Positions 34,893-48,262 of a stretch of DNA of 64,000 nt are shown here, in pieces. The notes beneath the pieces were generated by a model, which worked only from the letters and a program-made list of their open reading frames with translations, was not told the origin of the DNA and searched no databases. Each line of letters opens with the position of its first letter. Position 1 is the stretch's first letter. The position numbers were made by a program, and so were the translations under genes. Source of the stretch: Octopus bimaculoides (Eukaryota); contig NC_068984.1 of the NCBI RefSeq assembly GCF_001194135.2, forward strand, positions 38,671,465 to 38,735,464, in the 5' to 3' direction.

Positions 34893-36792
34893 AAATTTTG
34901 GCACAAGGCCAGCAATTTCTGGGATGGGGTAAGTCGATTGCATCGACCCCAGTGCTCAATTGGTAGATATTTTATCGACTCCAAAAGTATTAAAGGCAAA
35001 GTCGACCTCGAAGGAATTTAAACTCAGAACGTAAAGACGGGAAAAATGCAGCGAAGCATCTTGTCCGGCATGCTAACGATAAAACTAAAAATAACAGCGT
35101 GTAAATATTTGGCTAAAATCTCTTTGGACAGAAGAAGTGGAAAGCTGTCCTTTGGATCCACGGACGGTCTTCGACTTTTTCTATAACCTTATCTGCTGCT
35201 TCCCAAAAAGCATCATTTCACATTAATTTATATATTTTATGACATCAACAAAATAAATAAATAAACGACGATTTGTTACCCATTACGCAAGGCGTACAGT
35301 ACAAGTTCGTACAGTACAGTACAGTACAACCAAGCGTCACTCGCGATCGAGTATGGTTTGGTGATATGTACACCAAAACATTTTACCTGATGTGTTTACT
35401 ATTCTGCCAACCCATCATTTTTTTGTTTTTTAACAACGATTTCTGATTTAGACTCAAAGCCAGCAAGTTTGAGGGATAGGGGAGTCGTCTATAAAATCTA
35501 TTTCAGTACTTGACTGGTACTTTATTATATCGATTCCAGCGGGATGAAAACCAAAACTGACTTAGGCAAGATCTGAAATGAGAGAGCTAGAACAAATACC
35601 GCAAGCCTTTTTTCTGTTTCTTTTTATTTTTTTTATTTTTTTTTTTTTGCGATACTCTATCGATTCTACTAGCTCGTCGCCTTTTTGTATGTTCGTAATG
35701 ACAGTTTCTGATCTAGACACAAGGCCGGCAGTTTTGGAGGGAGGAGGAGGAGGATACGATACTGTAGATATATGTATTGCATGTTCCTACTATTTCTGAG
35801 CTGGTAGAATCGTTAGCGTGCCGGGCAAAATACTTAGCGTTATTTTATCCGTCTTTACGTCTTGAGTTCAAATTTCGCCAAGATCGGCTTTGCTTTTCAT
35901 CCTTTCGTAATCGATAAAATAAAAAGTGCCAGTTAAACACTAGGGTCGATGTAATCGATTTACCCCATCTCCTGAAATTGCTGGCCTTGTGCCAAAATGT
36001 GAAATCAATATTTCTAATTCTTTTGGCATAAGGCCAACAATTTTGATGGAAGGGGAAATCCATTACATCAACTCCTGTACTCAACTGGTTCTTATTCTAT
36101 CGACTCCGGAGGATAAAAGGCAGAGTCGACCTCGGTAGCATTTGAACTCAAAACGTAAAGCCGGAAGAAATGCTGCTAAGCATTTTGTTCGTTGTGTTAA
36201 GGATTATGTCACCCTACTATATGTTTGTAGCAATAGAAAGCGTTGACAATTGCAAAGACTTTGACTTGACATCAATGCATGTACAAGATGTTCAGTTGTT
36301 TTCTCAATAGGTTATTATTGCGCATGCGTTTACATTCATTGCCTAAATATCGGTGTCAAATTTTGGTAAAAGGGCAGAAATTTCAGGAGAAGGGTTAAAT
36401 CGATTACATCGACCCTAGTAATCAACTGGTCCTTATTTTATCGACCCCAAAAGGATATGAGGCAAAGTTGGTCTCGGCGGAATCCTTTACGTAAAGATGG
36501 ACAAAATACCGCTAAGCTTTTTGCCCGGCGCGGTAACGATTCTGCCAGCTCACCGCTTAACACATTGCCTAAATATTGGTTACAAGTTTTGGCACAAGGT
36601 CAGCAATGTCGGGGGATGGGTAAGTCGATTACATAGACCCCAGTGATTAACTGGTATTTATTTTATCGACCCCGAAAGGATGAAAGGTAAAGTCGACCTC
36701 AGTGGAATTTGAACTCAAAACATAAAGATGGACGAAATGCTGCTAAACATTTTTGACAGCGTGGTAACGATTCTGCCTGCTCACCGCCTTAG
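34893..36792. mobile_element. Cluster of about six SINE family A copies in intron 1 of the chitin-binding gene
   Basis: Copies at ~34893-35080 (-), 35450-35610 (-), 35799-36010 (+), 36018-36215 (-), 36351-36560 (-) and 36577-36792 (-). Confidence 0.85.
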
Positions 36793-36927
36793 TTTCATTG
36801 CCTAAATATCAAGAATTATCAAGAACCAAGATATTCCTTCCTCAGTCATTCCTCTGTATTTCACAAACGAGACCATTTCTCAATAAAGTTATTATTAACA
36901 ATCAGATAAAAACATAAATTAACTTAC

Positions 36928-37006
36928 CAGCAATGATGATCATACAACTTGTCATAATAGTGCTCTGTGATACTGGCAATTGACAGATTTTGTGAAGAGA
37001 TGTCAT
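36928..37006 (-). CDS. Coding exon 1 of a secreted chitin-binding (2x CBM14/ChtBD2) protein; N-terminus/signal peptide MTSLHKICQLPVSQSTIMTSCMIIIA
   Basis: ATG at 37006-37004, 79 nt open frame ending at a GTAAG donor (plus-strand cttac 36923-36927), phase 1. Joined to exon 2 it gives ...IMTSCMIIIA-V-LIRSSLS-QF, a hydrophobic signal-peptide-like stretch. An in-frame ATG at 36955 is an alternative start. Confidence 0.7.
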
Positions 37007-37789
37007 AATGTTGGTGTTGTTCTTCTTACGCTGTCCTCAAACTATATCTGTTTAGCATGGAAACTTAGAAAGTAAAATGGTTGTCTTACAAAAGAAATCC
37101 TCTTATTTATATATTATTTGGCGTATGGTCACTATCACCGACGCCAACGCCTGTGTCACAAGCATTCCAGCGTTATTAGAAGCAAACTCCCCGAGTTTCC
37201 CCACTACATAAATTCCAATGCTGAAGCTAACAAGACACCATCTCTGTCTCACTACCGACCCCACACTATACATACATACACGCACAAAGACCACCACTTC
37301 CGCCATTACCTCTCCCTCTCTCTCTATGTTTACCTATATGACAGCTGTCTTTACTACCCCTTATTACAAACACTGTCTCTATATTTGCTAATACCATCAC
37401 TGTGGTACGGCCAACACCATCGCTATTATATAACAACAAAAACAACAGCAACAAGAAGATTGAAGGAAAAGAGGAGAAAGGGAGAGGAAAATCAGCTTTG
37501 CAAACAACGATGATGACTTACTGAACAAGAGCAAAAAATGACTAAATTAGAGTGATGGAGACGGTAACTATTTTGTTCAAGGATGCATAAATGAAATAAG
37601 GAAGTAGAATCGAAATCTAATTGATATTGATCTGCTTAATACGTCTAATACTTCTCACAATATTTCTTTATATTTCGGACACCCGACAATGAATTAAAAC
37701 TTTGCTTATTACGTTTTTGACTTATTTGTTCAACCTGGGTCCTAGGGAAAATCTCAGAAAATATAACCAAAAAATACTCGAAAATATAT

Positions 37790-37996
37790 CGATTTCAAAT
37801 TTTGGTACAAGATAGCAATTCCGGTGTGGGGTCGGTTACATCGACCCCAGTGATCTCCTGGTGCTTATTTTTTCAACTCCGAAAGGATGAAAGGTAAAGT
37901 CGACTTCGCTGTAAATTGAGCTCAGAACGTAAAGACGGACGAAATGCCGCTAAGCATTTCGCTCGGCGTGCTAATGATTTTGCCAGCTCGCCGCCC
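37790..37996 (-). mobile_element. SINE family A
   Basis: Full-length match ending CCAGCTCGCCGCC on the plus strand. Confidence 0.85.
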
Positions 37997-38729
37997 TTAA
38001 GGCAAGACTAACCCCTTAAACGTAGGAAAATATCACTAAATTGAAGATGTTTTCACTCAGCGGGAATAAAATGCAGGCAAGCCATATGTGGCATACATCA
38101 AGAACAATGTTAGTTCTATCAAAAAACATAGTATTCAAATTTCCACATTATTTAGTCATGACCTAATTATAAATTCAAAATGGTCGCCAGACGACCGACA
38201 AGGCAAACACACCCTTATTTTAGGTCATTTTTTCTACCAAACTATCAAAGATAATATGCTCTAACTTGGAATGCCAACAGATTTAGGAACAATCTAGATG
38301 CGGAATCAAAGACATTGATGAAGTTGACCTAGAATTCGTTGTGGTGCCGCTCACATCCATATGCAGTTCAAGCATTTTTTACCCCTGGGTAGTAGCATTT
38401 AAGTATCTCTGGAAGATGAACAAATGAAGTATATCTAATCACACTAGAACAACATCTAGGCAAGTATTAAAGTAATACATATACAAAATTTCAGCCTATT
38501 AAATCAATTATTCTCGGAGATGTTGTGACCTAAAGATTGCTACTCATAGTCAGAAATGTCATTTAGAGAAAAAAGCAAAAAACGCTGGAAATGGCTGATT
38601 TTACAACAATGCCCAACTACACAAGAATAATACCACATTTTAGTGAAATATTTGCAGTTTTGCACAGTCTAATAACACCCAAAGGCATATCCTTTGCTTT
38701 TTTTTTTTTTTTTTGAGATTTTGCTATCT

Positions 38730-40500
38730 GAGAGCATTTATATCTTGTTTTGATTATGAATTTCTGTCCAGGCACACATGCTTTTTTCAGTCTCTCCTCA
38801 TCAACTTCATCTCAGACCCTCTCTCAGATGATGGCCATGGCTGAGGACAAAATTTTCAAACACAGGTATCCTTGCAATTTCTCCTTGATTGAAAACTATA
38901 ATGGCATCATTGACAGCTAACTCCAGGCAAAATCGCCCGACAAATGTTGATTTAAGACACAATTCCCAAACTAAGTTGTGGAATGATCCATTGTAATTTT
39001 GTGATCCTCCTTGCAGGCACTTATCCAAGAGTTTGTCCTCAGATTAAGCTACAAACACGGGCTTCATTTTATCCAGCACAAATTTTGGCAGGGCGGTTTT
39101 GTTTGGATCCCTTTTGTCATCCACCTTTTCTCACTGGACACCAGTCACCACAGTCACCATGGTCCTTGGACCTGTGCTTGAAAAATTACTCGTATGATTC
39201 TTTTCATGGAGGCTTTGTCGTTTGAGTGGCTCCTGATGCCAGCTACATAATGACCCTGCATGGATAGGATAGCTTTCTGTGTGAGCCAACCTGTACCTCC
39301 AATACCAGTACAAGGGCTAAATTTGAAACTGAATGCAGGAGAATGCAAGAAGAACGGAAGAGACATCGTCATCAAATCCTTGTGGTTGTTGTTCGGAGTC
39401 ACTTTCAGTGCCCTCAGTGTCACAGGATCTACCTGTCTCGTATGAGTTTTGTCAGCCACATCCACTCCCATGAGAAGCAATGTGCTGGAGACGGAGGAGG
39501 ATGAATGTTTTGGATCGATATTGCCATCACCTTTGATGGGTTGTCATAAGCAAGTAAGCAAGTAGATAATTATATAAAAATACAATGATTTTTTAAATAA
39601 CAATTTAATAAACATGAAGAATGAATAGGGGATCCCACACACACAGGTAGGAACCCACTAGTCCGGATGGACCAGAATATCTCACAATATTGATCTACCA
39701 CTTCTTGTAACTGATATACCCGAAGGTATCCATGAGCACCTTTGGCGTTGGATTGGGCAAGAATCTTCCATACCTTCTAGCAATTTGCTCGTTAGTTGCT
39801 CATCGATAACTATTGTGATTCTCACAACCAGTCTATTTGGGTGTTCCTCAACATCGAAGCCCATTACTTCCTTAGTCAATTCATTGCAACTCCCATTTTC
39901 ATCCTTCACTTGGTTTAGCAGGTCTATCATTTGTTTTGAAAAGAACTGCAAACTTCAATGCAACGTGGTAGGGGAGTTGAGCTCTTCCTCTTCACACTCT
40001 TTCCTTGCCTTCCTTCTACTCACCTTCTACTCCTTATATTGAAATTTGGTGCACCCAGAGGTAACCATGACTATTTGGGGTCGACGTAGCATGATGCATC
40101 TTATGTCTTCTGTAGAAGCTAATTTGCGGTTATCATAGTTGAATACTGTAGTCTTTACCAGTATTCTATCTTTTGAATGTTTCTTGAAATTTTTTTGCCT
40201 TATTTCATCACCCAGCTGCGAAAAATATCTCCTTTGGAAGGCACCCCTTCTCGCATGATCACCTCGGCTTCACTTCGAGTAGGTCTTTCTTTGGAGTGCC
40301 AAGTCTTCTTTTTTGATTTTTTGTATTGACTTCTAAAATACTGGTCTATACTTGACCAGGATTCTCTCAAATTGCTCCTTTGAGGGAACTCTGAAAGCCT
40401 ACTCTTTTGTGACATACCACTCGCATATTTCTTCCTCTGAGTGAATCTTGTCTATGCCCAGAAATTTTCTTGAAGACGTCACCTTCGTAAAACAACTTCC
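38730..40500 (-). mobile_element. Decayed DNA transposase of the invertebrate 'Mutator-like' DDE family
   Basis: GDGN, GIGGTGWLTQKAILSMQGHYVAGIRSHSN..SMKRII, DWCP and LLDKCLQGGSQNYNGSFHNLVWELCLKSTFVGRFCLELAVNDAIIVFNQG match family motifs GG-x-GRLT..I..LQ.YYG.AIR and KCL-x-G-x-TQN-x-NES..IW..PK (recalled, not searched); many stops; ends not found. Confidence 0.65.
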
Positions 40501-40542
40501 GAAGTTTCTAATATTTGTGCTCAACAAGATTTGAGTGTTTCT

Positions 40543-40676
40543 TTGTGTGTGTGTGTGTGTGCGTGCGTGTGTGTTTCTGTGTGCGTGTGTGCGTGTGTGT
40601 GTGCGTGATGCGTGCGCGTGTGTGTGTGTAAGTATGTATGTATGTATGTATGTATGTATGTATGTATGTACGTATG

Positions 40677-40710
<34 letters not shown>

Positions 40711-40715
40711 TGTGC
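40543..40715. repeat. (GT/GC)n plus (GTAT)n compound microsatellite
   Basis: Direct inspection. Confidence 0.9.
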
Positions 40716-41161
40716 GTAAATATTGTTGTTGTTTATCTTTTCACTGTGAATGTTTATGTCAATAAAGTCATTATATTTTTTCTCTGTATCTGACTGTTTG
40801 GAGTTGTTAGCTTCCTTTCTTCTGTTTTTCTTTTTTAAATTTGTGCCGATATTTTGTTCACAAATTTGTTTTGCCTTGAGAGCGTATTTGTTTATGTTGG
40901 TGCTACATGCACTGTAGTGAGCACCTCTTCCTCCAACTCCAATGCAAAGAATCATATTGAAATATGGCAAAGCAAAAAAAAATGTCTTTTTCCTTCTCAA
41001 ACATAGAGAAAATAAATAAAAACAAACTTCTCACCTCTCTTTGTAACAATTCGGTACAATACGACACAGAGATTATCATTCAATTTTCCACAAAATCAAC
41101 ATAATATAATCCAAAATATTAGTATTAACACATGTAAACATGCTCTACCAGGATAAGAAAT

Positions 41162-41263
<102 letters not shown>

Positions 41264-41270
41264 TAATAAT

Positions 41271-41805
41271 GCAGTACCAGACAGTGGCTCTCATAGCTCT
41301 TAACAGTCTGGAAGTGTTGTCATGTACATTGGTTTGGCTTGGTATAAAAGATGGGCTACAGCAAATATTCTGCTCAATACCACAGATTTACTTGTCAGTT
41401 GTTTGACATTAACCACTTCAGCATGTCTCTTAGTGGCTGACGATATGTGCATCTTTGATCATGAGCAGAAGTAATGAGGGAGCATCATAGCCATGTGTTG
41501 AGAGGAATTCTTTGGGGTTTGAATGATTCACCTCTGGAAGCATGAGTGTTTCGCTCGACATTCTTAAACAAACCTTATTCAAGGACCTTTGGAGTGGGAT
41601 GGGCTACTCGACCTAAAGAAACTTCTAACTGGGTTCCACCTGCAAGGTCATGCGCTGTTTATCTTGATATGAGATCACCATGTCGCGCACATATGGTTGT
41701 AATGCATGTGGCTTTATTATCAGATGGGTAGATATGATGGAATATACTGGGCTTCATATATTTTACTCCAATGTTAGTTTGAAGGCATGCGTTGTTCTCT
41801 CATTC
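41271..41805. mobile_element. 535-bp non-coding element embedded in an (AAT)n array
   Basis: Unique-complexity segment GCAGTACCAG...CTCTCATTC bounded by (AAC)n(AAT)n at 41161-41270 and (AAT)n at 41806-41866; no credible ORF, no tRNA head. Confidence 0.65.
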
Positions 41806-41866
<61 letters not shown>

Positions 41867-41889
41867 GTAAGGATTATCAAGATTACCTA

Positions 41890-42470
41890 TCTTTTCGCCT
41901 TCTTGACTATTCGTGGGTCAAAGGGGCATGCAACATTAACTATATAGCGTATATGGTACACCTTGTTCACCACCACCAGGTCTGATCTGTTATGCTCTAG
42001 CACCTGATCTGTTTGGATTAGAAAATCCTAGAGGATTTTGCTAGTCTCCGACTCTGCCACTCTCTGCGGTTTGTGCTCATACTACGTCTTGCCTCTCGAT
42101 AGCTCCCACTTTTCGCAGTTTCTAATGTAACTCTTTCGCTACCTGGTCGTGTCGCCACAACTTGTAGTGGTTGAGAAAGTCTAGGGTATTCGTTCGTGAT
42201 GTGGGCAATGGTTTCATCCACTCTATTGCAGATGCGGCACAGCGGAAACACTTGCTCATTCCTAAGATTGACTCTCCAGTTCGTGACCAAAGCTTGGTCC
42301 TACGCTGCCAGTATAGGGCTCTCCGTATCTTTTTAGGGTTCCTTTCATCAGCCAATCCCACCTATTTTTCCAGCAACTTCTGTTGTGGCTGCATGGAATT
42401 GATTGTGTTGTCCTTTCTTGTGTAATTCTTCATGTCCTTTTAGTACTTCTTCCTTTGTTTTCCCTTTTTT
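41890..42470 (-). mobile_element. R4/Dong-like fragment (copy 3): zinc knuckle to RLE
   Basis: DQALVTNWR..LCRICNRVDETIAHITNE..RHDQVAKELH, YEHKPQRVAESETSKIL, IQTDQVLEHNRSDLVVV..VNVACPFDPRI. Confidence 0.85.
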
Positions 42471-42618
42471 TCTCTGCTCTCAATACTCCTTCGAACCAAC
42501 TCGACTGTCACCTCGCTTCACCCTACTTTATCCTCGGTCTTAAAGGATGGGTATACGTTTCTATATACCTTTCATCAGTGGATGGAGATGACATCGTTCC
42601 AATATTTGGCCAAGCCAA

Positions 42619-43825
42619 AGCGGCAAGCTGGCAGAAACGTTAGCACGCCGGGAGAAATGCTTAGCGGTATTTTGTCTATCTTTGTTTTGATTTAAAATTC
42701 CACAGAGGTCGACCTTGCCTTTCGTCCTTTCGGGGTCGATAAATTAAGTACGAGTTGCGTACAGGGGACGATCTAATCGACTGGCTCCCTCCCCCAAAAT
42801 TTCGTCTACAAGTGAGATGGTGTGCGCGAGTCTAGTGCGAATGAAAGTTATTCAGAAAATGATGATAATGATAATATAGTGCATCAACCGTGCTTTTTTT
42901 CTCCTTTATCTGAAAACGATCTGTTCAAATCTTCTTTCTATTTGGACACACTAACGGCAGTTTTATTGAATTTTTTATTGCCCTCTTTTGTGTGTCCAGT
43001 ATCAGGCATATAATAAATCTTTTAATTTTCTGTGTCTGATTAAAAGTTTTGAGTAGTTTTTGTTTTCGTCAGCGCTGCCACCTTTGAGGAAGTCTCCTTC
43101 TATTGCTGCCAAAGTGGATGTCATATTTACAAATTGTTTTGAAATTGTTAGGCGGCAAAAAAGAAGTGAAATTCAATGTAAAATAAGTTGTTTTTTTTTT
43201 TTATTTGGCCGCGGGGGTTGTCCTACAAACGAAGGGAAAAGACTAAATTACCCTTCTAACCTCTACCGTGGTCGATAAAATGAAGTGTCTATCTAACCGA
43301 ATTGTTAGCACGCCGGGCAAAATGCTTGTCGACNNNNNNNNNNAGGGAAAAGACTAAATTACCCTTCTAACCTCTACCGTGGTCGATAAAATGAAGTGTC
43401 TATCTAACCGAATTGTTAGCACGCCGGGCAAAATGCTTGTCGACATTTTGCCCATCTTCACGTTCTGAGTTCAAATTCTGCCGAGGTCGACTTTGCCTTT
43501 CATCCTTTCGGGGTTGATAAATTAAGTTTCAATCAAGTACTGAGGTCGATGCATTTTTCTCGACACTCTAATGATTATGCAAGCTCACTAGCTAATAGTT
43601 TCGAATTTAAGCACAAGGCCGGCAACTTTAAAGAGATGGAGTTTGTCGATTAGATGGACCCCAGTACTTGACTGATACTTCATTTTATCGATCCGGGGAA
43701 GATGAAGGGTAAAAGCCACTTCGACGGGATTTGAACTCAGAATTTAGAGTCGAAATAAATGCCGCATGGCATTTTTTCCGACATTTTTACGATTCTACTA
43801 GTCCACTACCACCACCAACAACAAC

Positions 43826-43860
<35 letters not shown>

Positions 43861-44370
43861 CCATGACGTTGATGAGGAGGAGAAGGATGACGACGATGAC
43901 GACGACGACGACGATAATGATTTTATTTGTCACAATAGCAACTCAAATACGAGAAATGTTAAAGCAAACTGGCGAAAACAAACATTTTGTGACGAACATA
44001 TATACATAATGCAACGAAAGAAAAAAAATTATGACAAATACTAAGTGTAAACAGCATAAAGTTAATATATACATAACTCAATCCATCTCATGTATGATGG
44101 GCCCTGCTTACAGTTGTTTTCCACTTCGAACAACACAACTAACCTGCTCTAAGTGATCGAGTTCTCCGCAGATATTTGTATACATAATTCTTTCCAATTT
44201 TTTGCACAAGCCCAGCAATTTTTTTAAGGAATGGAACAGGTCAATTACATCGACCCAATACTCAACTGGTATTTATTTTATTGACCACGGAAGGATAAAA
44301 GGTAAAGCTGACCTCTGCGGCATTTGAACTCAGAACGTAAAGAGCCGGAAAAAATTGCCAACCGATAATT
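42619..44370. mobile_element. Four SINE family A copies
   Basis: Copies at ~42619-42805 (+), 43412-43550 (+), 43590-43800 (-) and 44185-44370 (-). Confidence 0.8.
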
Positions 44371-44649
44371 CTGCCTCTGCCACCACTACCGCCATGAACA
44401 CCAACGCAAAAAAGCCGTCCGCCAGATAGAAATTATTTTATCAACTCAAGAATTAAAAAATGCGAAAAGCATGTTTACAAGAACTAGATGAAACGTAGCC
44501 TTAAATATACTGGAATTTGTCCGACACGGAACCAACCTCAAAACTTCTGTCTGCAGAACAATAGGAACGAAAAGTCGGAAAATAGGACAACCGTTACAGC
44601 AACTAGTTGAAAAGTGCTTCAGACCCATCTGAAGCATCAAATCATATAT

Positions 44650-46390
44650 CGCCAGGAGAGAAAGTATGACATAGTAGCGATAAGATTTCCGACAAAGGTC
44701 AGTTAAACACTCTCCCTTGGAGAGTCACAAACTGGTACTGATACCAATCTGTTTCATTGTCATAAAAATAAAGATAAATCTACCTCCCGAAATGAAGAGA
44801 ACAGCCACCACCAGCCAGAAGATGTTTATTTCGGGAGGCACAACTACAGAAGAAAACTAATATTTTGAAGGTTCAGAGGCTGCAAGGCCAAGGATTGGAA
44901 CTACTAATCTATACTGGTCATCAAAGTATAGAAGTCATCCTGGACCTCAGAAATCTGCCAGACAACCAACAACTGTACATGGCCGTTGAGGAACGATTTC
45001 CGAAATGTCACTTTTGTGGTGACAAACATCACTTCAAAGTATTCTCTCCACAGCAAAAAGGAGAGAGAAGTCAGACCTACACTTCAGCAGACACCACCAC
45101 CACAGCAACGGCAAAAACAAGAGTAGCTCCGACGGCAGCGTGCGGTTATTTCAACAGCAACAATGACAGCAGCCACCAAACAACAGCAACAGCAGCAGCA
45201 GCGGCAACAGCAGCAACACAAACAACAGCAATAGTGGAAACAACAGCAACCAAAACAATAGAAGAAACACCATCCGCAACAGCCATAACATCGCTGATAA
45301 TAACCGTAACTGAAAGCCCCTGAACGGCAACAACAGGACAAAAATACAATGAACTTTAAGAAATGCCCTTCCCCACTTTGTTACCTTCCCACACGACGTG
45401 TGTGTGAAGGTAACAAAGCAATCAAATGGCAAAAAGTAAGAAATAAGAAAAAGAAAAGAGAAAATAACACGTTTGCCAAAAAAAAACTGATGGAAGAAGC
45501 ATCTTTCTACAACGACACACCAACACCATCAACAACAACTCCAATACTACAATCATCACCACCATCAAAATCAGCCACGCTACAGATAGCCAACATCACA
45601 AACACTAACCAATCCATTCCGCCCCCGAACCAACAACTATAGCAAAGAAACATGGCGCGTAGAGTACTGTCAAGCGCTCACAGCGCTCTCCTTGTTGGGC
45701 AATGTGGTCGGTGGAGATAGAGGGTTAGTGACGAACAAGAGCGATGACGTTCTAGGCAAGGCTCTGAAGGTCGACAAAAATCAACTATCAAGTCTATTCT
45801 GGAGGACTTTCAGACTGGGGCTCATCGATAATTTCCTGAAATACCTCGCTTGGCAGTGCTACCGGTAGGCATTGCCAGTTCGAGATAAACTCCAAAGGCA
45901 CGGAAGTGCCGTCAGCCGAGTCTGCCCGAGAGGAGTGCGAACAACGACAAAACTGTTTCGCACGCGCTCGTCTAACGCCCGAGCATTGCTGACTTGTGAA
46001 GTTATGTTGAACACCTGTCACACGTAAAGATGAAACTGGTTTTTAGTTGAGCCCAATGTGAAAATCATCCAGTCGCTTTCATTTAGCCGAGAGGGACAGG
46101 CATCGTGTATCTGTCTGGTGTTCTTACCGAAAGAGATTGTGTGATGGACCTGATTAAAAGGGTTGAAGACAGATATCGTCCTCTTTGATCAAGCTCTCAT
46201 CAACTCATTCTAGTTTCATTTGAAAAGGACAGTGAAACAGAAAGAGAAGTACTTCCTCCCTGTAAATCTGTTGAAAGGGGAATGAGAGCAGTGAGCTTGG
46301 TCCGAGCCTGTAGATTGAAGAACAACATGGAGAAGACATTTCCCTTAGTGGTCAGGGTGACCGTGGTTTTGTGGGATCTCCACGAGTAGC
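44650..46390 (+). mobile_element. Internally deleted L1/Tx1-like element: ORF1 zinc-knuckle region joined to ORF2 C-terminus
   Basis: LDLRNLPD..LYMAVEERFPKCHFCGDKHH (gag-like knuckle) and a Thr/Ala-rich linker, then ALPVRDKLQRHGSAVSRVCPR (zf-RVT-like); no endonuclease or RT between them. Confidence 0.6.
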
Positions 46391-46544
46391 CCTTTGAAGT
46401 CTACCTCCTTTTAAAGAATTATTCATTGTTAGAATTTATTGTCACTGTTATTCTGTTTTCATTCTCTTTTATGTAGTCCCACATTACATCGCCCTGTAGC
46501 ATCTTCAACGTTCTTGTGAACCCTTAGTGGTTAATAAAGGAACG

Positions 46545-47090
46545 TTATTGTTGTTGTTGTTGTTGTTGTTTGTGGTGGTGGTGATGGTGGTGCTGGTGGT
46601 GCTGGTGCTGGTGGTGATGGTGGTGGCGGTGGGGATAGTGTTGGCGGCGATGATGGTGGTGGTGGTGGTATTTTTGAATCAGATGACGTTAGCAAACATT
46701 GTCACAAGACTATTTTATGAATGTCAGTGTATTTGCGTGTGTATATGCTTATGTATGTATGTATGTATGTATGTATGTATGTATGCATGTATGCATGTAT
46801 GTATGTATGTATGTATGTATGTATGTGTCTGATGTGTTTGTGTCCTTCAACGTTGTTTACATTTTTATATGTCAGTGTATTATGTTTTTGTCAGTATATG
46901 TATGCCTGTGACAGAAAGAATGAGTGTGTGTGTGTGTGTGTGCGTGTGTGTGCGCGTGTGTGTGTGTGCGTGCGTGAATGCGTGTGTGCGTGCNNNNNNN
47001 NNNNNNNNNNNNGTGTGTGTGGGTGGGTGGGTGTGTGGGTGTGTGTGTTTGTGTGTGTGTGCGTGCGTGTGTGTGTGTGTGTGTGTACGT
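46545..47090. repeat. Compound (GTT)/(GGT)/(GTAT)/(GT) microsatellite block
   Basis: Direct inspection. Confidence 0.9.
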
Positions 47091-48262
47091 GCGCATTTGT
47101 CAGACTGACCTGGAAATTTTTCATTTTGGAAATTGGACGTTGGTGATATTTTGTGGTAACTTGAAGAATATAGGATCTGAAAGGTACTCCAATAAGAAAA
47201 AGCCTGTTAGAAAGAAATGTACTACAATATATTTAACAGATATGCTTCAATTTCGATGTGGAAGCATATTTAGGATTTTAAAAAATATAACAGAAAAGCA
47301 AGGACTGCAAAGTAAAATTGATAGTTATAGTTTGAAGCAATGGATTCTATTTAATGAGCTCTTGTGCGATGTTGCCTGCCAGCAAATTAGGCTTTTCTGA
47401 AAGTATTTTATTTTCTCAGTAAGTTAGACGCTGCCTAATGTAAAGACCGGCTGGAATGCCAAGGTATCAGTTCTTGAGAAGTTCGTATAGAATCTCTGAT
47501 GCGACATTGTATGTTTAAACAATGTATTAAGACTTTCATGCCTTTTTCTCACTGCTCCAATGTAGAATGGCCGAGTGAATGTAGAAGTACCAGTTGACGG
47601 GTCTTCGATTCAAATCCGCTGCAGCCGTTGTCATCATTGTTGTTCTTGAAGCTGTTGCTCATGTTGTTGTTGTTTTACGACACCAGTATTCTTCAAACAG
47701 ACATGAACATTACAACTTCAAATGAACTCTTTCTTTTAAGTTATAGGGGCTTGTAGCCAAAAGAAATCAACGCATCAACGCAACTAGTCATAACAGTAAC
47801 ATATCAATCAAAGAGTCACCAACGCGTATCTTGTTCCTGATATTATGCGTCGTTTATGGCCAGAGCATTCAATTTTTTGCTTACTTTATTCAGATATCTG
47901 TAAACATGTATTAGAGGAAGGAGTAGTTATAAAGCGCTAGGTCAGTCTTCGTCTGGCTTTGGACAACCCAAATATTTTGATTAACTTCTTGTATCTAGAA
48001 CTACGTAAACCAATGTACCCCACCCTGTTCAAGACGGTAGAATATGGTTTGGAGAGATTTTGCTACAATTTCTAACAGGTCGGAAAATTACGTAAAATTA
48101 CGTGTTTTTGAAGTTTTGTGATACGAACACATTCTTCCCTGGAGGAAGTGTGTCTTTCATTGACAGTACACTCAGAAACCTGAGCTATGTAACTACCTTT
48201 AAAATTCTGTGCAATAAGGTAAAAAGGAACGAAATATGTTGGTAATATAATGAGCAGAAATA

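Noticed and set aside
36337-36809. Regularly spaced short repeats resembling a CRISPR-like array
   Set aside because: Spacers are ~215-bp SINE copies and the repeats are 14-bp target-site duplications in a eukaryotic genome.
37026-37058. 10-codon upstream ORF (MLNRYSLRTA*) before exon 1
   Set aside because: Acceptor-like sequences (..ctaaacAG) overlap it, so it may be intronic; the transcript 5' end is unknown.
40521-41000. 159-aa minus-strand ORF upstream of the transposase relic
   Set aside because: Half is microsatellite; the remainder has no recognisable domain or supported splice connection.
42555-42578. Minus-strand CUGAUGA...GAAACGUA hammerhead-like motif
   Set aside because: Neither stem I nor stem II can pair; chance match or too decayed to call.
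43233-43444. Exact 101-bp tandem duplication across a 10-N gap
   Set aside because: Typical scaffolding overlap artefact.
45084-45432. Cys-, Val- and Leu-rich minus-strand ORFs
   Set aside because: Antisense shadows of the (ACA/GCA)-rich linker in the Tx1-like ORF1.
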